Source: a virus (lineage: Duplodnaviria > Caudoviricetes). Taken from it: a stretch of DNA of 64,000 bases. Both the position numbers and the translations under genes were made by a program. The notes beneath the pieces are model-generated. The model was not told where the DNA came from and did not search any database. It saw only the letters and a list, made by a program, of their open reading frames with translations. This document shows, one piece after another, positions 56,122-64,000 of the stretch (positions are counted from its first letter, which is position 1; each line of letters opens with the position of its first letter). The DNA lies in the IMG/VR virus record IMGVR_UViG_3300021431_000113, positions 12,167 through 76,166 of that record; one strand, 5' to 3'.

Positions 56122-58094
56122 ACAGCCTCCGCGGTGTAATTTATTTTCTCCCATCTTCTCATTCCATACTCTTTAGTTCTTTCTTTTGACCAAGTCTTAA
56201 CTGGAGTATAGAAGCCAACTATACGTGTATATTCAGTTGCTATTGGCTTTCCACAAATTGGACAAGTTGTTCCATAGAAAGCATGATTATCTTCACAAGC
56301 TTGAATCTTTGTATTAAAAGCAAAATATGTTACACCTTGTTGAGCTATATAGTTTGTCATTCTTAAAGCTTTTTCAAATGAATCAAATGGAGCATCTATA
56401 TTTGCATGTAAGATGCTTCCGCCATTACAGAATTTATCAAACATAGCTTGTATTCTAACTCTTTCAGGTAAAGTAGTTGTAATTCCAAGAGGAATAAATT
56501 GATTACCATAAAGAGGAAGGTTATATATATCTGCATCTGGATAGAAGAATTTATCTTTCTTCATAAGTTTTGCGGCAGCTGATTCACCTGGAATCTGTTC
56601 AGTATTAATCATATAATCAACGCCTTCGTCTTTAATAAAGTCATCGGCAACTTGGCGCATAACTTTAAAGATTTTTTCTCCAAAATCAGCAGCTTCATCT
56701 GTGTAATATACATTACCAAATTCATCTTCTCTTGTGAATCCAAATTTTTTCATCGTTTCATAAATACCAATGAAACCTATTGTATTATAAAGATGTTCAA
56801 AATCTACTAAACCATAAGTAAAATTAGGAAGTAATCCTTTTTCTACATCTCTTTTAATTATATTTCTTACTACGTCTAATGCGCGGATGTTGACTAAGGT
56901 GCGATGAGCAAGTTCCTCTAAGTACTCATCCGGTGACTCTGTGTCAAGTGCTATTCGCGCAAGATTTATAGTTGATACTTTAACTGAACCAACCTTTAAA
57001 GCAGTTCCGCCTATTGAATTAAAGTATCCTAAATCTCTTATATCAGATTTTAATCTGCAACAATTACTTAAACTACTAACAGAAGTATCTTGGAATATAT
57101 TGCTATCTGACCATTTCATATTATGTCTAATTGCCCATTCAGCAAACTCTGGATCTTCATAAGCATCAAGTGAGTTTAAATCATAAGTACCTTCTTTACG
57201 AAGTAATGAAATTGTTGATACTGGGAATGTAAACATATTCTCACTTCTTATATCAGACATTACTTCCATGTACCATTTTTGAAACTCAATTATTTCATCT
57301 TCATAATCTATCATAAATGTACCATCAGGGAACTCACTTCCGCCAAATAAAGCTTCAAAATATGGTCTATCAAACACTGATGTATTTGTAAAAGCTGATT
57401 GCTGACCATCTCTTACATAAGGTTGGTTAACAGCATATATAAACCTTTGAAAATTTTGTTTTGCATATTTTTTAAATTGTTCATCTGTATTCATTCCTAA
57501 GTAATGATTTTCACAATCTTCTTTCCAGAAATAATACATATAAGGAATTAAATTAGGAAGTCCAACTGCACCAGAACTTCTATTACTTGCATATCCTATA
57601 AATTCTTTTACAAAATCTACAAAAGTAATAAGATGTTTAGGTGCCTTAGCATTAAAATTATTTCCTATAAAATATAATCCTTTTTCTGCTAAATCTTTTA
57701 AATCATAAGCAAAACAATAATGCTTAAATGTACTTGTATCGCCATCATGCATATAAAGCTTACCTTGCCATTCCATTCTTAACCATTCATTAGCATTTTT
57801 AAATCCATATTTTTTTTGATATTCATAGTAAATTTTATTAAATGCTAACAGTTTTCTATGTGGCTTAGGCATTTCTGATAAAAGAGTAACTATATCTTTA
57901 TGTGATACATTACTATTACCGTCTATACTTGCATCGGCAACTGTTTCTTTATCTATAAAATTTGATATGAAATCTGTGTAACTTAGTTGTTCATCTCCAA
58001 AACCATTTATACTTGCTAATTCTGTTCCATAATCACTCTGTAGTTTATTATAAGCAGTAGTAAAGTTTTTATTTAATTTTATATTTAATTGCAT
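56118..58094 (-). CDS. nrdD: Class III anaerobic ribonucleotide reductase, no ATP cone
   Basis: SNCCRL finger loop, CxxxH...CPIC Zn site and RIVGFY glycyl-radical motif. Confidence 0.92.
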   Translation of the reverse strand: MQLNIKLNKNFTTAYNKLQSDYGTELASINGFGDEQLSYTDFISNFIDKETVADASIDGNSNVSHKDIVTLLSEMPKPHRKLLAFNKIYYEYQKKYGFKNANEWLRMEWQGKLYMHDGDTSTFKHYCFAYDLKDLAEKGLYFIGNNFNAKAPKHLITFVDFVKEFIGYASNRSSGAVGLPNLIPYMYYFWKEDCENHYLGMNTDEQFKKYAKQNFQRFIYAVNQPYVRDGQQSAFTNTSVFDRPYFEALFGGSEFPDGTFMIDYEDEIIEFQKWYMEVMSDIRSENMFTFPVSTISLLRKEGTYDLNSLDAYEDPEFAEWAIRHNMKWSDSNIFQDTSVSSLSNCCRLKSDIRDLGYFNSIGGTALKVGSVKVSTINLARIALDTESPDEYLEELAHRTLVNIRALDVVRNIIKRDVEKGLLPNFTYGLVDFEHLYNTIGFIGIYETMKKFGFTREDEFGNVYYTDEAADFGEKIFKVMRQVADDFIKDEGVDYMINTEQIPGESAAAKLMKKDKFFYPDADIYNLPLYGNQFIPLGITTTLPERVRIQAMFDKFCNGGSILHANIDAPFDSFEKALRMTNYIAQQGVTYFAFNTKIQACEDNHAFYGTTCPICGKPIATEYTRIVGFYTPVKTWSKERTKEYGMRRWEKINYTAEAV

Positions 58095-58154
58095 TAAAGT
58101 TATTCCTCCTCATAATAGCTCCAATGGTAACCACCAGCGCTTTTTTGCCTCCAT

Positions 58155-58358
58155 TTACTGCTCTCCTATCCATTTATTAGCTTCGGCAAATGGCATATAT
58201 TGATACCCTATTTGCAATACTGGAGCTTGTTTAAAGCCTTTAGTAATTAAAAAATCAATATCATTACTTATTTCAAATTCTAATCCTTTTGCTTTTAATT
58301 TCTTTTCAATCACCTTACATTTAGGGCAATTTGTAGAATATAAAATTATTTTATCCAT
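58155..58358 (-). CDS. Glutaredoxin/NrdH-like redoxin
   Basis: CPKC motif, APVL, 67 aa. Confidence 0.8.
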   Translation of the reverse strand: MDKIILYSTNCPKCKVIEKKLKAKGLEFEISNDIDFLITKGFKQAPVLQIGYQYMPFAEANKWIGEQ

Positions 58359-58384
58359 TTTATCTAGTCCTTTCTTAATGAGAT

Positions 58385-58428
58385 AATATATCTCAAAATA
58401 GTGTTAATAAAATTAAACGATTTTGCCC
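58385..58428 (-). promoter_or_regulatory. Candidate phage-specific promoter (copy 5)
   Basis: GGGCA-N5-GTTTAA-N22-TATATT upstream of the redoxin/nrdD genes. Confidence 0.4.
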
Positions 58429-58436
58429 TAATCGCC

Positions 58437-58994
58437 CTAAAAGCAACGGTTCGCCGCTCTTAATAAATCACTAAAAAAGTGATCATTATAATCATTTGAA
58501 ATAATATGATTACAACTATGCATTAAGGTAGGAGTATAATCTTCTTTATCTGTTAAAAAGCGTCTACACATTTCTTTGTAGTCATCATCTCTTTTTATTA
58601 AGTGAGATAATCTTGTTTTGTCTTTAGTGGAAATAAATATTAATTCAAGATTATAGTTTGGATTATTTTCTTCTTGCATTTGTTTTATCATTTCCGCACT
58701 CATAACCACAATATTAACTTTATTTTTAACTAATCCATTAGCATTTAAACCATAATACCATTCATTATATTCTTGAGCATTTAACATAGTCCCATCTAAT
58801 ACTTTTTCTAAAAATTCTTCACCTGTTAAAAATTCATAATCTGATTCTGTTGTATACCTACGTGGTCTAGTTGTACTTAACTTTACATAATTATACATTA
58901 AAGGGTCATGCTTTGCCAGGTAGAGTGCGGCGGTGTCCTTGCCGCACCCGCTTGGTCCTGTAATACCTAATATTTTAATTTTTTCCTCGCTCAT
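58437..58994 (-). CDS. Guanylate kinase-like protein
   Basis: GPSGCGKD P-loop, STTRPRR and WYYG motifs. Confidence 0.85.
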   Translation of the reverse strand: MSEEKIKILGITGPSGCGKDTAALYLAKHDPLMYNYVKLSTTRPRRYTTESDYEFLTGEEFLEKVLDGTMLNAQEYNEWYYGLNANGLVKNKVNIVVMSAEMIKQMQEENNPNYNLELIFISTKDKTRLSHLIKRDDDYKEMCRRFLTDKEDYTPTLMHSCNHIISNDYNDHFFSDLLRAANRCF

Positions 58995-61900
58995 TTTCTA
59001 TTGTTATCTCCCCATATTCATTTATATCTGTTATCTTATAAACGGTGTGACCTTGTGTTTTTGCATACTTCTTTACTACGAACATATCATCCCTACGAAA
59101 TCCATTGATGATAAGTTTTGTTCCTCTTGTGAACCAACCCTTTTCAGTTACTTTTTTTGTACCATCAGGCTGAACTTCACTTAATTGACGCTTATACATC
59201 GCATACATATCTCTATTGAACTTAACAGGAACTACACCATATTTTGTTAACAGAGATACACTATGTCTAACATCATCTTTACTAATTACTGTACCCGCAA
59301 TTCTATATAATTGATAGATAGGAATTTCTCTACCATTACGTTTCCAGAAGCTATCTATAAGTGGCTCTGATGGATAGTCAAAGAAATCAACTATTCCATA
59401 TTTATCTTCATCAACATTTTTTAATTCATGTTCATGATAGTAGAAACATAATGCATCCATTTCCCAACTTGCAAGATTTTCATTTTTAATATATTTATTC
59501 CATTCATCCATAAATAATAAATTATTATATTCTTTAAGCATTTCATTTTGATGTTCTTTTAAATATGTTCTTACATTATTCATATAAACATCATATACTC
59601 TTTTCTTCCAAATACTTTGTTCTATAATAGGGACTCCGTCAACCATCTCTAACCAATCTGTATCACCAAATTGATAATAAAATTGAAGAGCTTCTTCTGG
59701 AACTAAAACATAATACTCTTTATTATTTTCTTTATTAACCCATTTATGTTGATTAAGATATTTTGTAAATGAATAAATACTTTGTTCTTTTCTTAAACTT
59801 GCAGGAAGCATATCTTTCTCAATTAAACCATTCATATTTTGAAGAGTTAACTTCTTCTTTGGTTCAGATGTTTGCATGAGATAATATATCATATTTGCAT
59901 ATCTTATTTTATCTTTATCATCATCTGAGATACCAAATATTTCTCCACCACAATTATCAAACGCTCCACTTTTTATTAAAGAAATCATAGCTGTTTTCTT
60001 TACTTTTATTTTATTCATAAAATCAATGATGTTTGTGTATGGGCGATTTTCTTTAATTTGAGTTATCGTTTCCGCATTAACTCCACTTAAAGCTTTTAAT
60101 CCATATAATATTTGATTATTTTCTACATCTGGTTTAAATCCATAATCAGATTTATTTATATCTATTAAAGATAATTTAATATTGTGACTAATTATTTCTC
60201 CAATAGCCTTTGCTATTTTTGCATAATTAGTATTCTTTTCTTTTACATCTATTTCGTCAATATCATCATCATATATTTCAGCTTCCTCAAGGCTACCACT
60301 ATTCACAACTAATACAGCTGTATCCCAATAGATAGGATTCCATTTAGTTGCTATATAAGCTGTTTGATAACCTATGAATGAATAGGCTAAGGCATGTATA
60401 TCCGAAAAAGAATACCCGAGTTGCGGACGGGCAACCGCATCCCATACATAACGACCAACCGCATCACTCTTAGCACATTCTTTTATTTTTGCTCTAAGTT
60501 CAGGAATTTTAGACATTTGCTTTTTACCTATAATCTTACGTGCGGTGTTTGCATCTGCAAGACCAAATCCGCAAATATCTTCATCCATTAAACTTTTCAT
60601 TAGTTGCTCTTGAGATATACCAACTCCAAACGATACATTAAGATATTTTCTAAATGCGTTTTGCTCTTCATCTGTAAGACCGTATTGGCGCATTTCCGCA
60701 TCCCACTGACCAGGATTTGCTTTAAATCTTACATATTTATCCATTGGGTTCTCTTCCCCATCCGGAGCCATAAGTCTTATCAAACCATTTGTGTTACTTA
60801 ATTCAAGAATATCATTTGGCTGAACTTTCTTTATACCTTGACTTCCTATATCGCTATCAAACTGGAAACAAGCTAATACTCGTCCTTTTTTAATATTATC
60901 CCAAGTTCTTATGTCTTTTATATCTAATACTTCTGGATGTAAATATTCATCATATATTTCTCTTAATGTCCAATCTTGCGGAAGTTCATTATCCTCTTGC
61001 AAAAATTGTATAGTTTGCATTAACATATCTTGCACAGAAGTAAGTAGGAAATCATATTTTGTCATACCTGCCGCCTCGCAATCATGAAGATCATATTGTG
61101 TTACTACTTCACCGTTTGGCGCTTTCATAAAACATCCAAATTCAAACGGATCTTCATCAAACATAATTACGCCAGAAGCATGAATACCTCTTGATTTAAT
61201 AAGTCCTTCAATCCCTAATATAATTTCAAGTAATCCTGGATATTTTGCAACCTCTACGTTAAATAATGCAACAGGTTGACGCCCTTTATCAGGATTACCA
61301 TTAACCATTTCATCTACTGTCCAATTAAATCCTCTTTCAACAGGAACTAAACTTGCTAAATATGTTCCTATATCTGAATCAATGCCATCAGGATACTCTT
61401 CACTTCTGTACCCGCGGCAAGCAGTTTGAATAGCTGACTTAGCAGTTTCTGTTCCAAATGTCGTTACAAATGTCGCCCCTAATTCCGACCTTAACTCTGG
61501 AGCCATATTTATATCAAATTTCTGTCCACGCTCATTTTTAATCTTTCTCATGATAAGCGGACGCTTGCTTGGACACAAATCGAGGTCAATATCCGGAAGC
61601 TCTATACGTTCTTTATTTATATATCTGAAGAATGGAAGATTCCACTTAATAGGATCGAGCTGAGTTACACCAAGTAGGTAATGGTTAAGTCCTGAACAAG
61701 ATGATCCTCTTCCCGCTCCAACCAAGCTCCCGCAATCCCACATCATATCAATATAATGTTGCAGAACTATTGGATATTTAAATATATTTGTTCCAAGCTT
61801 TTCACTAATTGTTTTCTTTACATCTGCTTCTTCTTCAAGTCGAGTTAAATAAGTTTCATTATACTTATTTAATTTTACTAATTTATTTAAACATTGATTT

Positions 61901-62994
61901 ACCCAATATCTATCATACTCATCATCAGATGATAACATATCTGATAACACTGGATAATTACATGGATTATATTTACCGACATATATTTTTCTACTTATTT
62001 GATACCCAGGAGTAAACTGTCCTGTTTTCGGATAACTCTGAACTTCAACAGAAGGAATTGTTTGGTTATGAAGTAAGCTATATGTTTCAATTTTATTGAA
62101 CATATTCATACTATTTTCACAAAGCTTTTTATATAATTGTTCTATTGTTATATCCCATATTAAATTTAAAGCTTCACAAGTTGGCATTAAATCTCTAAGA
62201 CAATCTTCTTCATCATGAAGATAAGCATATTGATAAAATGCATCTACTTCACGCTCTCCATCAGTTGAATTAAGATATGCTTTATGGACAAATCTATCTT
62301 CCTTTTTAAGATAATGAGCATCATCACCTATTACAACTGGAATCCTTTTTACTCTACCATATTCTAATATTTTTGCGTTTACTATTATTTGCTCTTTACT
62401 TGCGCCAGGAGCTATTTCTAAATAAAAATCATTTTCAAACGTTCGTAAACACCAAGAAACAAAATCATCTAATCGTGCTGATGCAGCTAATAAAGTATGT
62501 CCATCTTTAACTTTTTTTGCATCATGTGCTATTAATATATTCTGAGATAACTCTCCACCTATACATGCGGTTGTGGCTATAAGATGACCAGGGTTTGCGC
62601 GAACCACCCTCTCTAAATCTTCTTTTAAAGTCGGCACACGCATAAGTCCTCTATCCATATATCCATTAACCCATGCTAATGAACTAAGTTCACGAAGCTG
62701 TCTATGACCTTCCGCATCCTTAGCTATCAAAATGAAATGATAATATTTCTGATTTTTTTCTCTTGTATCAGTTAAATATATTTCATTTCCTATTGCAATT
62801 TTAAAATCTGGATACTTCTCTTGGAGTTTACAAATTTTAACAGAGCCAGCTAATGATTCATGATCAGTTATAGCCAGCCCTGCAAGACCTATTTCAATTC
62901 CTCTCTTCACCAGGTTCTCTAGCTTATTTGTAGCATCCAGGAGACGGATATTACTGTATTCAGTATGATTGTGCGGTGAAAACCTTGAAATCAT
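58975..62994 (-). CDS. dnaE: DNA polymerase III alpha subunit (family C) with PHP domain
   Basis: HNHTEYS/AITDH PHP motifs; GRGSS, PDIDLD and KYDFL catalytic motifs; C-terminal OB fold. Confidence 0.95.
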   Translation of the reverse strand: MISRFSPHNHTEYSNIRLLDATNKLENLVKRGIEIGLAGLAITDHESLAGSVKICKLQEKYPDFKIAIGNEIYLTDTREKNQKYYHFILIAKDAEGHRQLRELSSLAWVNGYMDRGLMRVPTLKEDLERVVRANPGHLIATTACIGGELSQNILIAHDAKKVKDGHTLLAASARLDDFVSWCLRTFENDFYLEIAPGASKEQIIVNAKILEYGRVKRIPVVIGDDAHYLKKEDRFVHKAYLNSTDGEREVDAFYQYAYLHDEEDCLRDLMPTCEALNLIWDITIEQLYKKLCENSMNMFNKIETYSLLHNQTIPSVEVQSYPKTGQFTPGYQISRKIYVGKYNPCNYPVLSDMLSSDDEYDRYWVNQCLNKLVKLNKYNETYLTRLEEEADVKKTISEKLGTNIFKYPIVLQHYIDMMWDCGSLVGAGRGSSCSGLNHYLLGVTQLDPIKWNLPFFRYINKERIELPDIDLDLCPSKRPLIMRKIKNERGQKFDINMAPELRSELGATFVTTFGTETAKSAIQTACRGYRSEEYPDGIDSDIGTYLASLVPVERGFNWTVDEMVNGNPDKGRQPVALFNVEVAKYPGLLEIILGIEGLIKSRGIHASGVIMFDEDPFEFGCFMKAPNGEVVTQYDLHDCEAAGMTKYDFLLTSVQDMLMQTIQFLQEDNELPQDWTLREIYDEYLHPEVLDIKDIRTWDNIKKGRVLACFQFDSDIGSQGIKKVQPNDILELSNTNGLIRLMAPDGEENPMDKYVRFKANPGQWDAEMRQYGLTDEEQNAFRKYLNVSFGVGISQEQLMKSLMDEDICGFGLADANTARKIIGKKQMSKIPELRAKIKECAKSDAVGRYVWDAVARPQLGYSFSDIHALAYSFIGYQTAYIATKWNPIYWDTAVLVVNSGSLEEAEIYDDDIDEIDVKEKNTNYAKIAKAIGEIISHNIKLSLIDINKSDYGFKPDVENNQILYGLKALSGVNAETITQIKENRPYTNIIDFMNKIKVKKTAMISLIKSGAFDNCGGEIFGISDDDKDKIRYANMIYYLMQTSEPKKKLTLQNMNGLIEKDMLPASLRKEQSIYSFTKYLNQHKWVNKENNKEYYVLVPEEALQFYYQFGDTDWLEMVDGVPIIEQSIWKKRVYDVYMNNVRTYLKEHQNEMLKEYNNLLFMDEWNKYIKNENLASWEMDALCFYYHEHELKNVDEDKYGIVDFFDYPSEPLIDSFWKRNGREIPIYQLYRIAGTVISKDDVRHSVSLLTKYGVVPVKFNRDMYAMYKRQLSEVQPDGTKKVTEKGWFTRGTKLIINGFRRDDMFVVKKYAKTQGHTVYKITDINEYGEITIENERGKN

Positions 62995-63052
62995 TTTATT
63001 TTCCTCTTTTCATTTAATTCTATAAATATTATATCATATTTTTTATTAAATG

Positions 63053-63718
63053 TCAAACTCTTTTTATCCAATGTAAATTACTAGTTTTAACTCCTCTTTC
63101 GAGTTGTTCTATATCCCAATAGAACCAAGCATAACATTGAGCTGAAGCCTGTTTAACATTTTCATCACCATTTGGATAACAATATATTCTATCTACATAG
63201 ATATATGTATCTGTTGGAGGAAAATCTTTTAATATATTTTCATATCTGCTTTTACCTTCAAGAAACTGAATACGTCCTAAACATAATACACCTTTATCTG
63301 CAATACCAAGCGCTTTCATTACAAAAGGCTCAATAAGTTTAAAAGGCGGATTCATAATAATATAATCTGCGGAGTTGCCGGGTATGTGCATTATATAATC
63401 ATCTTTAAGAAAATCATATTCTAGACCTGCCATATGCGGGAAGTCGCCTCCGCGTTCCATAATATCTGTAGCTATAATTGCATCAGCGCCGCTTGTATTG
63501 TTTAAATAATTCATAATACCTTCATACATATGACCATCGCCGCAACAAGGTTCAAGGATTACTGAATTACTAAAATCAATATTCATTGTTTTAAGTATAT
63601 TCTCAACTTCTTTTGTTGGAGTTGCGTAAAAGTCAAGTGCATCCCGCTCTTTATGATTTTTATCATATCCGTTATATAATCCAGCATTATTATATTTTGA
63701 TGTCTTTTTTTCTGTCAT
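63053..63718 (-). CDS. Amino-DNA methyltransferase (N6-adenine or N4-cytosine)
   Basis: DFYATP, LEPCCGDG (motif I) and MNPPF (motif IV). Confidence 0.85.
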   Translation of the reverse strand: MTEKKTSKYNNAGLYNGYDKNHKERDALDFYATPTKEVENILKTMNIDFSNSVILEPCCGDGHMYEGIMNYLNNTSGADAIIATDIMERGGDFPHMAGLEYDFLKDDYIMHIPGNSADYIIMNPPFKLIEPFVMKALGIADKGVLCLGRIQFLEGKSRYENILKDFPPTDTYIYVDRIYCYPNGDENVKQASAQCYAWFYWDIEQLERGVKTSNLHWIKRV

Positions 63719-63719
63719 C

Positions 63720-64000
63720 TTATTCCTCACTTTCTGTCATTCTTGCGCCGCAATTAAAACAAAATTTATCAATCTCAGGGTCAAGTCCCCAATCACCATA
63801 TCCGCAAACAGAACATCTATAAGCCCCTGGATCATCTGCTTGAAGTGGATGATATAATATCCAATGCCCCATCTTCGGCTGTGGTGTGACGGATGGCAAA
63901 CGCTTGGATGTTCGTATTGCCCAATCAATCATTGCATCTATTACACAAGGGTCATTCTTTCCTTCTTGTAAGTCCTTATTGAAATACCCCAATTTCAGTT
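63720..64000 (-). CDS. 5'-truncated Zn-ribbon phage protein
   Basis: CSVC...CFNCGARM; frame is open to the window edge. Confidence 0.7.
   Translation of the reverse strand, partial: LKLGYFNKDLQEGKNDPCVIDAMIDWAIRTSKRLPSVTPQPKMGHWILYHPLQADDPGAYRCSVCGYGDWGLDPEIDKFCFNCGARMTESEE

Noticed and set aside
18587-62994. Inteins or group I introns in terL, nrdD or dnaE
   Set aside because: The ORFs are continuous and of normal length, with no C/S...HN splice motifs or embedded homing endonuclease seen.
1-64000. Stop-codon reassignment
   Set aside because: Long genes translate intact in the standard code, and TAA, TAG and TGA all serve as stops.

Overview
A 64-kb segment of a large, AT-rich tailed dsDNA phage (Caudoviricetes). 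It is probably a siphovirus, since it has a very long tape measure gene and no recognisable sheath gene. The host is probably a Bacillota (Firmicutes) anaerobe, inferred from AAGGAGG RBSs, sigma-A promoters with extended -10 and a class III RNR. Zone 1 (1-1.2 kb): end of a wHTH-like gene, a nested inverted repeat and a promoter-driven GC-rich hairpin cluster (origin or ncRNA candidate). Zone 2 (1.2-14.7 kb): an early/host-takeover-like region of about 30 small, mostly leftward genes, nearly each with its own near-consensus sigma-A promoter. It also holds a tRNA-Lys, a degenerate tRNA-Leu-like element, several ORF-less structured transcripts and a repeated bidirectional promoter module built on a TTGCACAA-N15/16-TTGTGCAA dyad. 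Zone 3 (14.7-15.45 kb): a non-coding junction with a 150-bp array in exact 10-bp phase (possible DNA-wrapping/pac site) and a candidate genome terminus. Zone 4 (16.2-53.5 kb, + strand): sigma-like regulator, terminase, portal, head, tail, tape measure and baseplate genes, with a candidate phage-specific promoter motif. Zone 5 (53.5-64 kb, - strand): RuvC-like resolvase, dUTPase, NrdG/NrdD/NrdH-like, guanylate kinase, DnaE and a DNA methyltransferase. No integrase, CRISPR array, reverse transcriptase, intron/intein or endolysin was recognised. All calls were made by eye from the sequence and ORF track; no searches were run.
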